This document shows positions 39,373 to 51,771 of a DNA stretch of 64,000 nt, in pieces. The DNA comes from Blepharisma stoltei ATCC 30299. Its lineage: Eukaryota; Protista; Ciliophora. The position numbers and the translations under genes are program-made. The DNA is taken from NCBI GenBank assembly GCA_965603825.1, contig CBFDEM010000059.1:3430-67429 (forward strand), written 5' to 3'. The notes beneath the pieces were generated by a model. The model saw only the letters and a program-made list of their open reading frames with translations, was not told the DNA's origin and did not search any database. Position 1 is the first letter of the stretch. Each line of letters begins with the position of its first letter.

Positions 39373-40722
39373 ATGGTCGATCAAAAAGATGCCTATTTCA
39401 GTAGCTTCACAATGATTAAAGACATTTCAAGGAAAAGCACAAAAACCATTATTTGAATTGTACAATTTAAGCATTACCAGGAAAATTTAGGCTTCCCTAG
39501 AACTGCAGTGATGAAGAGATACAATGAGGCATCAAATAGACGTATTGAAAAAGAAGCCTTAATCCTAGAATACGTCGGGAGGCTACACAATAATATTGTA
39601 AAAATTTACCATCACATGATAATTGGAGGCAAATTTACAATTTTCATGGAAACCTGCAGCAAAGACAGCATTGCCTACATGATATTACAAAATAATGGAA
39701 GAGAAGTCTGAAATAAAAGCCAACTTATAAAGAATTTTATCACGGTTTCAGAAGTTTTAGCTTACCTTCATCTAATCAATATTGTCCATAGAGACATCAA
39801 GCCTGACAACATATTTGTGTGCGAAGATGATGAATGGAAGATCGGCGATTTTGGAGGAGCAAAAAAACTTATTAAATGCAATGAGCCTAATACAGTTGCA
39901 GGGACAGAACTTTATATGTCCCCATTTTTAATAGAAAAGTACAACCTCAAAATCCCTAAGAGCGATGATATTGATCCAAAGAAAGAAGATGTGTACTCAC
40001 TGGGCAAAACTTTTTATGAAATCGCCAGTATGAGCCTATATGAGAAATTTCCACAAAATGAGACACAAAGCAAAAAACAAGTACGTCGTGGCATGTTAGG
40101 GCACAGTAAAGAGCTGATAAGCATTGTTTTAAGCATGCTAGCACACAATCCTATTAAAAGGCCTTCTATGAAAGAAGTTTGAGAAAGACTGAGAGAGCTC
40201 CAGGAAGCTTTTGCAAAATTAGAATACTCAGAAATCCAGGATGCAATGCCAGTTGAAGAAGAAAAAAGCTCAGCTCGAGAAGCTAACATGATTATAAATG
40301 TTAATTCAATCCTTCAAAGTACAATAGAAGGAAGAAGGCCAGCAATGAGAATTTCTGACTATTATGCCTCATCTTCGTCAGCCCATGAAACAGAAACTGT
40401 TCATGATTTTTCTGGCAACTTTACTTTGGAAGAATTCAATGATTATTTTTCTAATGGGATGGATGTAGAGGAGAACTCTGGTCAGGCTGAAAGATTAAAT
40501 GGAGAAACCTTGGTTTTGAATGGGCTAGAAAATCTAGGAATCAGTCAAAGCTATTTGCATAATGGAAAAGTAAGATGCAGCTGTGGGCTTGAGGTTGAGT
40601 GGGAGGAATTTGAATCATATTTTACGACATGTTTGTCTTTTGAGCAAAATGCTACAGATATTTGCTGCAACCATTGTGGAAATAGATACCCTCAAGAACT
40701 GATTCAGAAAATTACACAATAA
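39373..40722 (+). CDS. Ser/Thr protein kinase with Cys-rich C-terminal zinc-binding tail, copy 1 (449 aa)
   Basis: AVMK, HNNIVKIY, HRDIKPDNIF, KIGDFG, GTELYMSP, DVYSLG; no Gly-rich loop; tail CSCG...CCNHCG. Confidence 0.92.
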
Positions 40723-41050
40723 TAATTGTAAATGCAAAAATTAATAGGTATAATTTTAGACTTGCTAAACAATTTCTAATTAATAAAAGTTATATAACTT
40801 TTCCATACTTTAATGCTTATTGGTGCAAATAGATTTAGATAAAATGTATGCCTAAGCCCTTATGCATAAAATATAAAAAATGAGTAGGAAAGCTTTTGAA
40901 ATTCCTAAATCATAATTAAGAGAAGAAAATTATTTTCAATTTTCCTAAATTTCAAATAATCATGATTAAACTTTAATTTTAATTTGAAAAATCTTTTTGT
41001 TAATCTTATTAATAAAAATAATTGTAAATTCTATATTAATTTTTATAGAA

Positions 41051-42544
41051 ATGAGAAATCGAAAAGAGTATTATAGAAATTTCAACATCATCAAAACAAT
41101 CTTTTTCAATTAGAAGACTTTAGTGCAAAAAGTAGAATTTAAGCATTATAGCAAAGGCTGCGGTTATCCAAAATACGCAATCATGAAACAATATCATGAA
41201 ATCAAATCAAATGAGCGCATCAAAAAAGAGGCCAAAATCCTTCAATTCGTGGGGAAGCTTCACAAAAACATTGTCCAATTCTACCATCACATGGAAATAA
41301 AGAAAAAAGTACTAATTTTCATGGAGATCTGCAGTCAGGAGAGTCTTGAAAAAGTAATTATGCGTAAAACAGGTGAATACTGGACTGAAGACTTCCTGCT
41401 AAAAAAATTCGCAACGATAACAAATGTCTTGGCTTTGCTCCATTGAAAAACAATAGATGTGGCGCACAGAGACTTAAAGCCACAAAACATTTTTGTCTGT
41501 GAAAATGATGAGTGAAAGATCGGCGATTTCGGAGGCGCCAAAAGAAGATATGTGACGTGCAATAATCTCAACACAATAGAAGGGACTGAAAACTATATGT
41601 CACCATTAATGCTGGAAAAGTGAAAAGAAGGACCCAAAAGCTCTGAAATTGATCCAAAGAAAGAGGACGTGTATTCGTTAGGTAAAACATTTTATGAAGT
41701 TTTGACAAAAAATATAAACTCCACATTCGAGGAAGGTGAGGCAGAAAATCGGGAAAAAATAAAAGCAGAGATGCTCGGGAAAAAGTATAGCGAAGAGCTC
41801 ATCAAAATCATTTTAGAGATGGTTACTCATGATCCTAAAATAAGGCCTACTATGAATGAAGTCCATGAAAAAATCAACCAGCTTATAGCTCGAAGATTAA
41901 CAATGGCTCCTGCTTATTTAGAAAACCAAATTGAGATTCAAATGGAAGAAAAGAAAGGGTTTGCCCGTGAAAGTGAGGATATTTTTAGCCTTGAGGCTAT
42001 AAGTGAAATAAAAATAGTTCCTATCTCTTCACAATGTCAAAGCCAAATGCGAGTGGAAGAAGAAAAGGTGTCTGCTCGTGAGGGCAATAACGTTTTTAGC
42101 ATTGAATCTTGACATGAAAGTTCCATAGAGGAAAGAAAAAGAATTGAAGCTCTAATGGATATTGATAGCACAATGCAAGGGTGGCTAAAAGAGTATTTTG
42201 TTAGCAGATCAATTGAATTTCCACTTACTAGTGAAACAGAAAGCTCTGAAGCAATTGACCAGAGCAGCTTCTCAACAGATAATTTAGCTACTGATAATAG
42301 AATAGCAGAAAGCCTTTTTTCTACCAGACCAGCAAATCAAATCACAGAGCCAAGCAGTCCTGAACTAAGTAATAATATAAAATGCCCTAATTGCTGGCAG
42401 ATACAGCATTTTGAAATGTTTAAGGCTTTTGTCTCCACATCCTTAGATGATATCAAAGTGAATCCGACAGATATTTATTGCATCATCTGTGGAAACAAAT
42501 TTCCAGAAGATTTTATCAATGATTTTCTAGCGCATAAACAATAA
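41051..42544 (+). CDS. Paralogous Ser/Thr kinase with Cys-rich tail, copy 2; one in-frame TAG at 41111-41113
   Basis: AIMK, HRDLKPQNIF, KIGDFG, GTENYMSP, DVYSLG; tail CPNC...CIICG; single frame throughout. Confidence 0.8.
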
Positions 42545-42851
42545 ATTACAAGCCAACTGAGAAACTAATGCTACACTTTGAAGGATTAAGAAAAAGAAGA
42601 TTTATGATAATTTAACATTTATATATCAATAAAAATTAGCATTTCTCCCGCTCTATAATATTATAGCAATGACATTTTATCAATTCGCCTTATAAATATA
42701 GATTTTATAATTCCATAGTAAATTTCTTGACGACCTTGGATTTGAAGACTGGGAGCTATTTAAAAATATTTTTGATAGTCTAAAGTAATTTTAACCTTTT
42801 TCATCTATTTCTCAAAACTTAAATGAGTTTTATTTATGCTAATTTTAATAA

Positions 42852-44747
42852 ATGATGGACGAGCTTAGAAATTCTTCAGGAGCATTGCCAGCTCATTTTA
42901 GAAGGCATTCACAAAGGAGATTCACAGAAGCCAACGCTGAACATTTCGAAACTGAGACAGTCAAAATGACATTAAATTCTTTGCCTAAGCTTCCAGATGG
43001 TCAACGGCTTGGGATTTACAGCCTTTTTGCAGTCTATGCAAATTCTAGCGACATCAATGCAAACATTCCTACCACATTAATTAGAATTGACAACGAGTCT
43101 TTATATTTACTAAAAACAAACGAGCATGGCAAAATTTCTTCTCGTCCTTGTCGTGATGATGATTTTTTCCATCCTTTAGAGACTAAAAAAGGAGCAACTT
43201 ATTTTTACAAGACCCTTTATAAAGAAAGCACTGTATTTAATTCAAGAAAAAGCGCTGAGCTTTTCTGGAAGTCATCTAAAGACTGGCCAGCTTTAATTCA
43301 AACCTGCATCCAATCTAAAACGAAGCCGCCTTCAGTTACAAGAGCACTGTGGAGGGCAGGAATGAAAACAAGATACTACACCATCATAAATCGTCAGCAG
43401 CTTAACCAAGATCCAAAAGCTCCTAAAAAGTGCACAATGCCGAGCATGTATCATAGAAAAAGTCAAGTAGATTTCAAGTACATCAATATGATTCACAGAA
43501 CTTCTCGATCTATCAACAACCCTTACAAAGTCAACGTTACAACTCGAAAAAGCTTTGATGATAAGAAAAAGCTTGACCGTGCCGCTACTTTACAGAGCCG
43601 AGAAAAGCCAGCTCCTGATCCTCAGGAGAATTTAGGTAGCCAAAATGAACTAATTGTAAACACAAGGGCTCCAGAGAATCTTCTCGTAGTAGAAGACCCT
43701 ATAAAGGAAAATGACTTAGAGCCACTAGTTGATGAAATAATTGATTTTTTGAATATCAATATTTACAAAGACCAAAAGCTGATAGGAATTGTGCTTGATT
43801 TCATTAGAAATCAAGACGAGCAGTGGTTTCTGCTAGACTGCAAAGAAATTTCAACAGTAAGTAACTACGCCGTAATTAAAAATAAAAGGAAAGCACAGAT
43901 TATCGGAAAAGAGACCAGAACAAGGCTCAGTATTGACACAACTAAGCTGAAATTCAAAAGCCACAAGACTGAGACTGACGAAGACATTGACGAAAAACAA
44001 TCCTGCCCATTCATCATGAGATCTCCTCCTCCGCCGCCATCTCCAAGCATGACTAAAAAATCAGCCCAAGATCTTGTCGAGCGCTGAAACAAAATAAATG
44101 AAAAGCTTGAATCAGTGATAAGCAAAAGTCTCCCTAATAAATTAAAAAATGCAAGTATAGAAGAACAGAGCATCAAGGCTTACCAAACAAGACTTACAAT
44201 GAAAAACAGCATGCCTGATAGTGAGCAATCCAGCGTCAATGATATTTCCCCATTGGCCCCACCCACGTCAAATTCCTTATGGTCAGATGAAAAAGATGAG
44301 CATATTAATAAATGCTTAACTGATGTAATAGAAAAATTCGAAGAAATGAATATGAATAAAGAGCTGCTGAAAGTAAAAAAACAGAATTTAATCGGGAAAT
44401 ACGGAGGGGACGAGTTTTGGACGATGTTTATTGATAGCTTATATAAGAAAATCATGTCGACTGGCTCTCCGTTGAAAAAGCATTTTTTGAGCTCAGATTT
44501 GTCAATGATTACCAGTGGGATGCATAAGGTCTTTAACGGCTGTGCGAGTCTGCAGTTTCGAAGGAAAATTAAAGCGATTCATGAAAATATGGGGATTCTT
44601 GAAAGTGAGTTCGCGATTTATTCAGGGTTTTTTGAAGACACACTCAATGAGTTTAACGTAGAAGAGGGAGATAAAGAAATGATTATGTCTCAGATAAGGC
44701 TAATGAAAAGCTTGATATGTCAGCCACTGAGTCAGCAAAGTAACTAA
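42852..44747 (+). CDS. ATP-grasp-like N-terminal domain + C-terminal group I truncated haemoglobin domain, copy 1 (631 aa)
   Basis: Two same-frame ORFs joined by TGA. C-terminus LIGKYGGDEFWTMFIDSLYKKIM..LKKHF..DL..VFNG..IKAIHENMGILESEFAIYSGFFEDTLNEFNV follows the 2/2 globin pattern. N-terminal IPTT, ALIQ, GIVLDFIRNQDEQWFLLDCK resembles ATP-grasp. Confidence 0.82.
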
Positions 44748-45223
44748 TTTTTGAGTAATTAATGCTTGATCCATTATAAATAATTTTATAATAAATTTAT
44801 TGCGATATAAGCGGAGATATTAAGGAGGGATGAAGGTCTTTATCATAGATGCATATAAAAGCTGAAAGAAGATCTAATTAAATTGGTTATGACAGAATTA
44901 AAAATATTATTGTGACTAGCATTAATTTATAATTTTTTAAAAGGCAATTTAAAATCTTAAATAAAGGGAATAGTTGTTAATAAAGACACCTAGAAAAGTT
45001 TAATTAGTATTTTCCATGCTTTATTCAATCTGATAGCATCAAAATATCCATTTTGTTTTATAATGATATAATAGCTGGCGAATAATAGTTATTGTTAGAT
45101 CATCTAAAATTCCCATAAATTTTCAATTAAATACCAAATTCTCCTGTGAGAATGCTAAAATGAACAATGCATAGAAAATCCATATTTCTGATGGTCCTGG
45201 ATAAATAAAAGATCCACAAATCC

Positions 45224-47131
45224 ATGGACGAACACAAAATTCTCCCAGCGAGTTTATCTTTCCCATTTAAGCGGACATCGATAAAAAGCGTCACAACAGC
45301 CATGAGCAGCCATTTGGAAGAAGAGTCTCTTAAGAGAAACCTCAGTAATCTGCCCAATCTTCCAGATGGCCAGCGACTCGGCATATACAGTCTTTTTGCA
45401 GTATATGCAAATTCGAGTGACATTAATGTAAACATACCAACAACTCTAATCCGAATAGACAATGCAGCCTCACTTTACCTTCTAAAAACAGATGAAAATG
45501 GCACCATCACCTCACGAGCCTGCAGTGACAATGATTTCTTCTATCCTGATCGAAATACAAAAACCTCAAGGCGTGATGTCTTTTTCTATAAAACTTTATA
45601 CAGAGAAAGTATCCTGCTTAACTCTCGCGAAAGCGCTGAGTTCTTCTGAAAGTCCTCAACAGACTGGCCAGCCATGATCCAATGTTGCGTCCAGTGCAAA
45701 TCCAAGCCGACTTCTGTTACAAGAGCGATTTGAAGGGCAGGTCTAAAAACCAAGTACTGCACCATCATAAACCGTCAACAAATGAAGCACTCCAAAGGAG
45801 CTAAAAAGCCAGCGGCCTATCAGAAGAAAAAAAGTCTGTCCATTTTGGGAGATTTCAAGTACACTAACATGATTCTCAAAACCTCAAGGTCAGTTAACAA
45901 TCCATTCAAAGTCAATATGACAGCCCGTGCCAGCATTTCTGAGAAGCCAAAACTCGAAAGGACACTGTCAATGAAAAACCAAGAATTCAGAAATCCTGAT
46001 AGCCAGCATGGGCTGATTGTCAACACCAAAGCTCCAGATAGCATACTTGTGGTTGAGGATCCTATTAAGGCTGGAGACCTAGATCCAATTGTGGCAGAAA
46101 TCGTTGATTTCTTGAATATCAACATTTATAAGAACCAGGAGCTAAAAGGGATTGTGCTTGACTTTATCCATGATAAAGACTATAAATGGTACCTGCTAGA
46201 TTGTAAAGAAATTTCGACACACAACCGGTCTCCGTCTATCAACAGCATGCGAAAAGGCCAACCGCGTAGCAAAATCAATAAGTCAAGGCAAAGCTCAGAA
46301 GTGGAAACAGTCTCTACAAGCAGCAGAAAAAGCTCAGAAAGTTCTCCGCTAAAGTATCGGTCATCCCCGATCGCTATAAACATTTCAGAAGAAAAACAAG
46401 CTTGCCCATTCGTAATAAGGTCTCCTAGACCGCCTCCAAGCCCAGCCAACAAGTCTACACAAGGAATAGTGGAGCGCTGGAATCGGGTGAACCAGAGGCT
46501 TGAGCAGATCTTGAATCTGAAGCCTTTTAATGAAGTTGCATGTGCAGATATCGAAGAACAAAGCATCAAATCATACCAAACCCGGTATTGCTTAAAGAAC
46601 ATTGATTTTGGGGAGCCATCCAGCGGCAGTGACAAGTCTCCTCACCTTTCTCCTCCCACTTCTAATGCATTGTGGACTGATGAAAACAATGACCACATCA
46701 ATCGATGTTTTACTGATGCTATCGGCAGAATTGAAGAAATGAACATGAACACTGAGCTTTTGAAGGTAAAAAAGCAAAACCTGGTAGGCAAGTATGGAGG
46801 GGATGAGTTCTGAAGCAACTTCACACAGAGCTTGTATAAGAAAGTCATGTCCACTGAGTGCCCACTACGAAGATATTTCACAAAAAACAACATTGACATG
46901 ATTTTGAATGGGATGAATAAAGTCTTCAACGGATGTGCCACGCTACAGTTTAGGAGGAAAATCAAAGCTGCCCATCAAAACTTGGGGATTTTGGAAAAGG
47001 ATTTCAATATTTATTCAGCACTTTTCGAAGACACTTTGAATGAGTTTAATATTGAAACTGAAGATAAAAGCATGATCATGTCACAGATCAGATCAATGAG
47101 ATGCCTAATTTGCCAAGCTCCGAACCAATAA
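45224..47131 (+). CDS. ATP-grasp-like + truncated haemoglobin fusion, tandem copy 2 (635 aa)
   Basis: Single frame with TGA=Trp; TGA codons align with TGG in copy 1 (EFFW, RAIW, DEFW). LVGKYGGDEFW..LYKKVM..LRRYF..IKAAHQNLGILEKDFN. Confidence 0.82.
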
Positions 47132-47191
47132 AGTATTTTGATATTAAATAAGTACCTTAAAATCATATTTTATAAAATTGAGCTTAAAATA

Positions 47192-50100
47192 ATGCAGGAA
47201 AGGCTCGAGAGAAAACCGACGGTATTGCCATCGGAAAGAGCTGCATATGCAAATAAGCTGGAATTAGAAGAAGAACTGCTATTGGACTTAACAATGAACC
47301 TTGACTCGTTCACGATCTGTGAAATAAAAAAAGAATTCGATAAAAAAAGCGGCGCATTAGATTTGGAAGATTTTGTAAACAGCTTGAGGTTTTATTTTGA
47401 CCAATGGAAGCCAAACTTAGAAAACCGAGATAAAATCATGCTAAAACTAATTATTCAGCTATTCAAAGACATTGATATTAATAAAAATGGGATAGTTGAA
47501 TGAGAAGAGTTCACGAATTATATCATTGAAAAAGCTACAGCTCTGAATGCGATGAAAAAGACCCGAACTGATGTCATTAAAAATTACTCACTCAGTCCTG
47601 TTTTAATTGCTTGTCCTAATAGCATGACTGTTGAAAGGCTTGTGCTGATGGAGACACTTGATAGAATTGGGGTGATTGAGGACTATACACATATCGTCAA
47701 ATTTTATAATCCAGAAACGGGAAAAACTATGGGAAAAGAGCTACAAGTACAAAATGAGGAATTTCAACAAATCAATATACATCAAGCTTCATATCTATAC
47801 AAAGGCCCAAGAAGGGTAATAGTAAATAATGCTGCATTTTTACCTGAGCCTGAGTATCAATATTTAGTAACCTTATGCAATGATGGGACTATTAGATCTT
47901 GAGGCACAAATGGGTCTCACTTTCACTCAATGAACCACAAGGGTGGATACCCAATACTTTACTGTAAAGAGCCTCAGAGAGCAGTAGCATGAAATTACCT
48001 GAACAGGATTTTATATACAGGAGACAGTGAAGGAGACATCAAGATCTGGAACTATGAAGACCGAGAGTCAAATTTTCCAGCCCAAGTCTTAAGTGAAGGC
48101 CACGAAGACCTGGTGACTGACATTTTTGCGATTCCAAAATTTGAGTTTTTATTTTCCTGCTCGCTAGACCGTAAAGTAATTTTATGAGATACTATATCTA
48201 ATAAACCACGCAGAGTCTATAGCAGCCATACTCAAGGAGTCCTTTCTCTTGCCTTTAATTCTGAGTACCGGCTTCTTTTCTCTTCTGGGTTTGATCATGA
48301 TATTTATGTATGAAACCCGTATATTGACTCAGCAGCATTTACTATTGAAGGCCACAGTGCATCATTGGTAGGGGTTAAAGTACTCCCAAACAGTCCTCAA
48401 ATAATTTCTGCTGACATTGACGGATATGTAAAAGTATGAGACATAAGAAACTTAAGCTGCGTGCAGACATTTAATATTGAAGAAAAACGATCTGGAGAAA
48501 GGTTTTCATTGAATGATTTTTTGTATATTCCCAAGCTGCAAAGGCTGATATTCGGAGGCAAGTCTTTGGTTTTTTATGATTATGATAAGAACTGTAGCCC
48601 TCACCTGGTTGACGATAACATCCCATTAGGCTGCTATTACACCCCAAATTCACAAAAAATGGTTACACCAATTGTAAACAAAGTCAAACTGTGGAATGCA
48701 CTGACAGGGAAATATGAAAATTTTTATGCACCCTCTGCAGATGGAGACATCTCCTGTGCAGAAATGGATTATTTAGCAAAGAGAATCATTTTAGGGAACC
48801 AGAAAGGTCATGTCAGAGTGTATAATATAAAGAATGGGGCTTTGATGAAGTCATTAACTGACCATAAAGCAGAAATAAATTGCATTAGCTCGTCAACACA
48901 GCTTAATTTAATTGTAACGTCAAGCTTAGATATGGTCATAATGGTCCATGACGACAATGTACTTTCAGACTCACATCTTCTTTATTACGTAGATGAAGTC
49001 TGAAGCATTGCTCACTCACTAAAACTTGTGTATTTCCTTGACATGCTAGTAATTGGTGCAGGTGATGGCTCAGTTAAATTCTGAGATCTAGAAGCAGGTG
49101 AGCTTTCTGACCATGAGTTTTCCCATAATAGAGAGATTTCTGCTATTCAGGTGGTCGAGCTTTATCCCTTAGTTTTCTCTTGTGATGTGAGTGGAGAAGT
49201 AAAGCTTTGGTCACTTCCACCCTCCCCTTATAAATGGTGTAATATTTACAAGTTTTTAAATTTAGACCAAGAAGGGGTGAATTCATATGTACAGTCAACA
49301 GAATATGACAATAAAAGGCATATTTTATTTATAGGCGATGAAAAAGGATGCCTTAAAGCCTTTTCATTCGAAAAATTAATAAGCGTTCTTGAGATTGCTC
49401 CTATTTCTTCAGATGGAAGAGAAAACAAGCTAAAATGCTTACGCAATCAGCTTGGAAAAGATTTGCCTGATCTCCCAAAGAATTTAGTTTATCAAATATC
49501 TTCTATGAAACTGCATTCAGAGTCGATCCGCCATTTGCACTTTATGACTGAAAACTCTACACTGATAACAACAAGCTACGATAAAAATGTGAAATTAGTG
49601 TCCACAGAGGCTTGGGAGGTCATTGGAGCTCTTCAGCAAGGCTTAAATATGAGACCCTATGCCAAAACTGAGTTTGAAAGCCAAATTCCATGACGGTTTT
49701 ATTTGAATACAAGTGCGATTGATGCCCAAATTGACTCTGAAATTAATAAGCTCAGCCAGAACATGGAAAAGCAGAATTTAAACCCAAAGCCACATGATGA
49801 GAGGTCAATGCTAATTGAAGGTCGAGGCTTTATGGAGCCGCAAACATTAATGAATTTAATTAAGGTAAAAAGGCCTAATAAATTCAGCAGAATTCCGACT
49901 TTAAAAAGCACCCTATTTCAAACGAAAATAAAAATAAACCCGCAAAAGCTGTCAAGGAACCATTCTTTGATGCTTGTAAATGCTAAAGCAATCAAAGATA
50001 AGAAATTGAGTGAATTGAACAGGTCAATGATAGACAAAAAGATCAGACCTCCTGAAAAAGAATCAAAATATAAAATTTTAAATAAGTCATTTGTTCAGCC

Positions 50101-50248
50101 AAGCAAATTGCAAACATTGCCTTCTCTTTCAAATATTTATAAAAATGACAATTATAAAAGCAGCCTTATACTGCAAAAAAGATTAAGCAAAAGTGTATTC
50201 AAGACAGCATCTAAGCTTGCTGAAGCATTGTCGGAGCCTTACTTTTAA
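47192..50248 (+). CDS. EF-hand + WD40 repeat protein (WDR49/EFCAB8-like, probably ciliary; 1018 aa)
   Basis: LFKDIDINKNGIVEWEEFTNY EF-hand (W=TGA); many WD40 repeats (SSGFDHDIYVWNP, GHSASLVGV, VKVWDIRN); basic low-complexity tail; single frame to TAA. Confidence 0.88.
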
Positions 50249-51115
50249 TTTCAGATTTAATTGTAAAAAACTGTTTATATGCATAATCAAATAAAAAATT
50301 ACTAATAAAACAATCAACCGATTTTAGCTATTTATTTAAATAAAATAATTTTTTATAGAGAAAGATAATAAAACTTTAGCCAAATTCGAGATTCAAGTAG
50401 AAGATATTCTGACTAGTCCTTTTGAAACAAAGCCAAATTAATTTTGCTATGCGTTAAATTAAGAATTTTTATTAAAAAAACTCCCAGACTTTAAAAGAGT
50501 GAATTTAAGAGATTATTTAACTTTTCATTTTTCTGCAATAGCCTTAACATTAGACTGCCAATTCTTCCATTTCCGCTTCGATTGCAAGATATTATCAAAA
50601 AAGATATGCTTCTATTCAGAAATCCTCATAAATCTTCTCTTTTCCCATTTATTAATAATGTCTCATTACATTATTGCAAAATGTTACTTAAGTATAATAT
50701 TAAGGAGCTCTATTTTTAAATTCTTATAAAGAATTATATATCTACTCTTAGACGATAGATAAAGATTCTATACTCTATTTCATCTTTTGAGAGATTGGAT
50801 TATTTAAAGATTAGTTCCTAAGCTGCTGGCCGTATAATTTCTTATAATGACTATTATTTGCACTTCGAAGCCGAATTATAAAGTAGGAATCCCTATAATG
50901 CTGAGAAAAAATTTTTAAATTGAAACAATGCCAGATGATTTAGAAAACTTCAACTTTGGATGAACTGAACGCTTATACTCATTAAATAAAATAATTCTGC
51001 TACATAAAGTATCTTTTCAATCGCAGATTCTGAAATTGCAATTTATAATTTTGAATGAGAAAGTTTAATCCTCTGAGAATGCTGCCTCCAAGCTAACATT
51101 GAAGTATAAGTTTTT

Positions 51116-51204
51116 GCTTAAATCAGCTCCTGACTGTAGACCTCTCGAAAATAAGGAACCGGTTCCTTATTCCCGAAAGGTCTACAGTGAGATGCTATTT
51201 AAGC
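51116..51204. repeat. ~90-bp loopless imperfect palindrome flanked by TTAA
   Basis: Core 51133-51188: ACTGTAGACCTCTCGAAAATAAGGAACC|GGTTCCTTATTCCCGAAAGGTCTACAGT (25/28 complementary); outer GCTTAAAT...ATTTAAGC. Confidence 0.9.
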
Positions 51205-51771
51205 TGAAATCTAAATTTCTGAATTCAGTTTCGTCTCTACTTAATATGCAAGCTCATTTAAGCTGAAAAATATGTTAATTTAAGTATTTCGTATAATTTT
51301 TTTTTAAAATCATAAGTTATAATTTGCAAACTGTACCAGAAGTATATTTAGCAGGGAGTCATTTGCAATATTTATTCTATTGAAATAGCAGTATTTCAAT
51401 GATTTCACTGCTCTACTAAGATTAAGAATTTGAATTTATTGGCAAGGATAAAAGGTTCAGATACCTAAGTTTTGCATTTCATTATTATTTTAGGCAATTC
51501 AAAACTCAATCTTTAAGTTAAATAAGATGAGATATTCATAAGTTTTATTTGAATTTGGTATAATTTCTAAACTTTTGGTATGGTATAGTATTTAAACTTA
51601 TATGAAATAACGGTATAGGCTCTTTATGACCAGCAGCTCCTTTGCTATTATATTAATCTTTTAAGGAGCAATATCAAGGAGAGCTCTGGAATTTTCATAT
51701 TAGCTAAACTTCTAGGTATATAAATGGGAATTTTTATAGAGCGATATACCATTGAGAATGAATTTATTAAA

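Noticed and set aside
43865-46965. Antisense ORFs (e.g. 43865-44176, 46180-46635, 46642-46965) and similar ones across the window
   Set aside because: Shadows of genuine genes on the opposite strand, with no motifs of their own.
50499-50729. 76-aa ORF
   Set aside because: GTG start, low-information composition, no motif; the opposite strand may be decayed coding sequence but is not identifiable.
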